NCBI RefSeq assembly: GCF_041261205.1
Contig: NZ_JBGCCH010000042.1
Coordinates: 55,360 to 79,359 of the forward strand
DNA length: 24,000 bases
Origin: Catenulispora sp. MAP5-51
Lineage (GTDB): Bacteria; Actinomycetota; Actinomycetes; Streptomycetales; Catenulisporaceae
Direction of reading: 5' to 3'
The notes beneath the pieces were generated by a model. That model was not told the origin of the DNA. It saw nothing but the letters and a program-made list of their open reading frames with translations, and made no database searches. The translations under genes and the position numbers were made by a program. The stretch's first letter is position 1. Each line of letters begins with the position of its first letter. Shown here in pieces: positions 21,455 to 24,000 of the stretch.

Positions 21455-24000
21455 GCGCCGAATACGCCCCGACCGACCGCCCCGGCCGTCCCGATCGCCC
21501 CGGCTTCCTCGGCGCCGTGCCGCAGCGCGTCGGCCGGATCGCCGGCCGCGCCCCGCTCACCACGGCGCTCGTCGCGCTGCTCGTCGTCGTCGCGCTCGTC
21601 GCGGGCAGCGCCGGCGGCGACGCCGACGACGCCCTGGACGGCCGGGTCGGCACCGGCCCGGCGATCCTGGGCGCCGGCAAGTGGTGGACGCCCCTGACCT
21701 ACGGCCTGTGGAGCGTCGGCCCCACCGCCCTGATCGCCACGCTTTTACTGGCGATCGCGGTCCTGGCTCCGGCCGAGCGCCGTCTGGGCGCCCCGGCGAC
21801 CCTCGGCCTGTTCGTGCTCTGCCAGGCCGGCGGCGCGCTGCTCGGCACCGCCGTGATCGAGCTCGGAGCCCGCACCGGCGACGTGTGGCTGGGGTCGGAT
21901 CGCGGCGATGCGGCGACCGGCGCCAGCGTGGGTGTCGTCGGCGTGGGACTGGCGCTCAGCGCGCGGCTTTCGCCGCTGTGGCGCCGCAGGCTGCGGCTCG
22001 TGTTCGGCTTCGGGGTCGTGCTGTTCATGCTGTACGACGGCACCGCGCAGGACGTCATGCGCTTCTGCGGAGCGACCGTCGGCTTCACCACGGGCGTGCT
22101 GCTGTGGGGCCGCAAGCGTCCGCGCCGGGAGCGCGTCGTGTCCCACGCCGAGAGCCGCGTCCTGGTCGCGATCGCCGTCGGCACCTCGGCTCTCGGACCG
22201 CTGATCGCCTATCTGACCAGGGCGCCATATGGTCCGCTGTCGCTGTATTCGGACCTGTTCGTGGGAAGCGGGCCCGGGGTCGAGGACCTGCGCAGCACCT
22301 GCAATGGCGTGGCCGACATGTCGGGGGACTGCCTTCAGGTGCGCTCGGAGTACCTGCTCGCGAGCAGTCCCGCGGTGTTGATGCTGTTCGTGCCGGCGGT
22401 GCTGCTGCTGATCGTCGCCGAAGGGCTGCGTCGCGGCCGTCGCCTGGCGTTGCTGTCCGCGGTTCTGATCGAGGCCGGAGCCGCGCTGGTCACGTGGCGG
22501 TATGCGGTGCAGGTGCTGTCGTCCCTGGACCCCTCGGACCCGGACTACGCCGACGCCCACAGGTTCGTCATCCAGTACTCGATACCCCTGGTGGCCATAC
22601 CGGTGCTGGTCATCGTGCTGTTGCTGGCCAAACGGCGGCACTTCCAGCTGCGGGTCTCGCGCAGGACGGTGCTGAAGGTCTCGGCGGCTGTCGCGGCGGC
22701 CTTCGTCGCCCTCGGGGCGGCTTACGTGCAGTTCGGCTACGCGGTGCGCGAGGAGTTCACGCCGGTCCCCGGCATCGGCGGGCTGGCCGCCGACTTCATC
22801 GAACGGCTGATCCCGCCGGTCTACCTCGGCATCCTCGACGCGCCCTCGGCTCATTTCCTTCCTCAAGGCGGCGCCGCGAGGATGTTGTATGTCTGGGCCG
22901 GTCCGGTGTTCTGGGCCGTGACGCTCAGCGGGCTGCTCCTGGCCTTCTGGCGGTCGCCGATGCGGTACAAGACGGCCTCGGAAGCCGAAGCGCGTGCTTT
23001 GTTGACGACGTACGGCGGATCAACGCTCTCCTACATGACGACCTGGCCCGGCCATGAGTACTGGATCACGCGCGATGCCCGGGCCGCCGTCGCCTACCGC
23101 GTGATCGGCAAGGTCGCGCTCACCACCGGCGGGCCCTTCGGCGACCCGCAGGTCCGCGACGACGTGCTGGGGGAGTTCGCGGAGTACTGCGATCAGCAGG
23201 GGTGGACGCCGTGCTTCTACAGCGTCACGGCCGAGACGCTGGACGCCGCCACCCGGCTGGGATGGAGCGGTATCCAGGTGGCTGAGGACACTGTGCTTGC
23301 TCTGCCCGACCTGGCCTTCACGGGCAAGAAGTGGCAGGACGTCCGGACCGCCCTGAACAAGGCGGGCAAAGAGGGGATCGCAGCGTCCTGGGTCTCCTTC
23401 CCGGACGCCCCGCAGGCCCTGCGCAAGCAGGTGCGCGACCTGTCGCACGAGTGGGTCGCCGGCAAGGGGCTGCCGGAGATGGGGTTCACCCTCGGCGGCC
23501 TGGACGAGCTCGACGATCCGCAGGTGCGCTGCCTGGTCGCCGTCGACGGCGCCGGCCGGCTGCACGGCGTCACGAGCTGGCTGCCGTGCTACCGCGACGG
23601 CGAACCGGTCGGCTGGACCCTGGACTTCATGCGGCGCAGCTCGGAGGGCTTCCGGGGCGTGATGGAGTTCCTGATAGCCACCGCGGCCACGCAGTTCAAA
23701 CAGGAGGGCGCGGAGTTCATGAGCCTGTCCGGCGCCCCGCTGGCCCGCACCGGAGGCGGCCCGCAGCCCGACGGCCTGCAACGCCTGCTGGACGGGGTCG
23801 GGCGGGTACTGGAGCCGGTGTACGGGTTCCGCTCGCTGCTGGCGTTCAAGGCGAAGTTCCAACCGCAGTACCGGCCGCTGTACATCGCCTATCCCGATCC
23901 GGTCGCGCTGCCCGCGATCACGAACGCGATCGGGCGCGCGTACCTGCCGCGGACGACGCCGGGGCAGATGCTGCGGCTGAGCCGGCGGCTGTTGGGGTGA
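21451..24000 (+). CDS. MprF-like aminoacyl-phosphatidylglycerol synthase (polytopic N-terminus plus C-terminal DUF2156/LPG-synthase domain, 849 aa)
   Basis: ATG 21451 overlaps the esterase stop (ATGA), and the stop TGA is at 23998-24000. The C-terminal ~330 aa (YGGSTLSYMTTWPGHEYW...ALTTGGPFGDP...FTGKKWQDVRTALNKA...GFTLGGL...WTLDFMRR...GVMEFLI...SLSGAPLA...YGFRSLLAFKAKFQPQY.PLY) follow the conserved aa-PG synthase domain. The upstream part is multi-TM. Confidence 0.8.
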   Translation: MSAEYAPTDRPGRPDRPGFLGAVPQRVGRIAGRAPLTTALVALLVVVALVAGSAGGDADDALDGRVGTGPAILGAGKWWTPLTYGLWSVGPTALIATLLLAIAVLAPAERRLGAPATLGLFVLCQAGGALLGTAVIELGARTGDVWLGSDRGDAATGASVGVVGVGLALSARLSPLWRRRLRLVFGFGVVLFMLYDGTAQDVMRFCGATVGFTTGVLLWGRKRPRRERVVSHAESRVLVAIAVGTSALGPLIAYLTRAPYGPLSLYSDLFVGSGPGVEDLRSTCNGVADMSGDCLQVRSEYLLASSPAVLMLFVPAVLLLIVAEGLRRGRRLALLSAVLIEAGAALVTWRYAVQVLSSLDPSDPDYADAHRFVIQYSIPLVAIPVLVIVLLLAKRRHFQLRVSRRTVLKVSAAVAAAFVALGAAYVQFGYAVREEFTPVPGIGGLAADFIERLIPPVYLGILDAPSAHFLPQGGAARMLYVWAGPVFWAVTLSGLLLAFWRSPMRYKTASEAEARALLTTYGGSTLSYMTTWPGHEYWITRDARAAVAYRVIGKVALTTGGPFGDPQVRDDVLGEFAEYCDQQGWTPCFYSVTAETLDAATRLGWSGIQVAEDTVLALPDLAFTGKKWQDVRTALNKAGKEGIAASWVSFPDAPQALRKQVRDLSHEWVAGKGLPEMGFTLGGLDELDDPQVRCLVAVDGAGRLHGVTSWLPCYRDGEPVGWTLDFMRRSSEGFRGVMEFLIATAATQFKQEGAEFMSLSGAPLARTGGGPQPDGLQRLLDGVGRVLEPVYGFRSLLAFKAKFQPQYRPLYIAYPDPVALPAITNAIGRAYLPRTTPGQMLRLSRRLLG

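Noticed and set aside
1-24000. Looked for tRNA/rRNA genes, IS elements, integrases, phage genes and terminal inverted repeats that would mark a mobile island around the hydrogenase cluster
   Set aside because: I recognised none. No ORF has transposase or integrase motifs, there is no cloverleaf-like conserved tRNA sequence, and GC content and codon bias look uniform across the window.

Overview
High-GC actinobacterial chromosomal segment with strong third-position GC bias and many long antisense shadow ORFs. The core (about 3.4-17.5 kb) is a complete group 1h (Hhy-type, 'actinobacterial/high-affinity') [NiFe]-hydrogenase locus. hhyS and hhyL head a 13-gene co-directional operon. It continues with a NifU-like gene, three conserved genes of unknown function, the maturation endopeptidase, an untracked 39-codon membrane ORF, hypA, hypC, a divergent second hypC, hypD and hypE. 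hypF is transcribed divergently, and a tandem-SIS (GmhA-like) gene converges on and overlaps the hypF 3' end. No hypB is present in the window. The left flank holds a truncated MFS transporter, a DUF5709-like acidic protein with an in-frame nonamer repeat, a GT4 glycosyltransferase and a tandem PRC-barrel-like protein with a His-rich linker. The right flank holds an MpaB-family oxygenase-like gene and a GNAT acetyltransferase set back-to-back with apparently leaderless starts. It also holds an orphan 302-aa protein, a structured 174-bp intergenic region, and a translationally coupled membrane esterase plus MprF-like aminoacyl-phosphatidylglycerol synthase pair. I saw no rRNA, tRNA, CRISPR array, transposase or integrase. 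The hydrogenase class is already described. The parts that merit follow-up are the uncharacterised accessory genes inside the operon, the small membrane ORF, the tandem SIS protein, the atypical HypC paralog, and a possible rhomboid-like module on the MprF-like protein. All family assignments are from motif recognition by eye, with no searches run.
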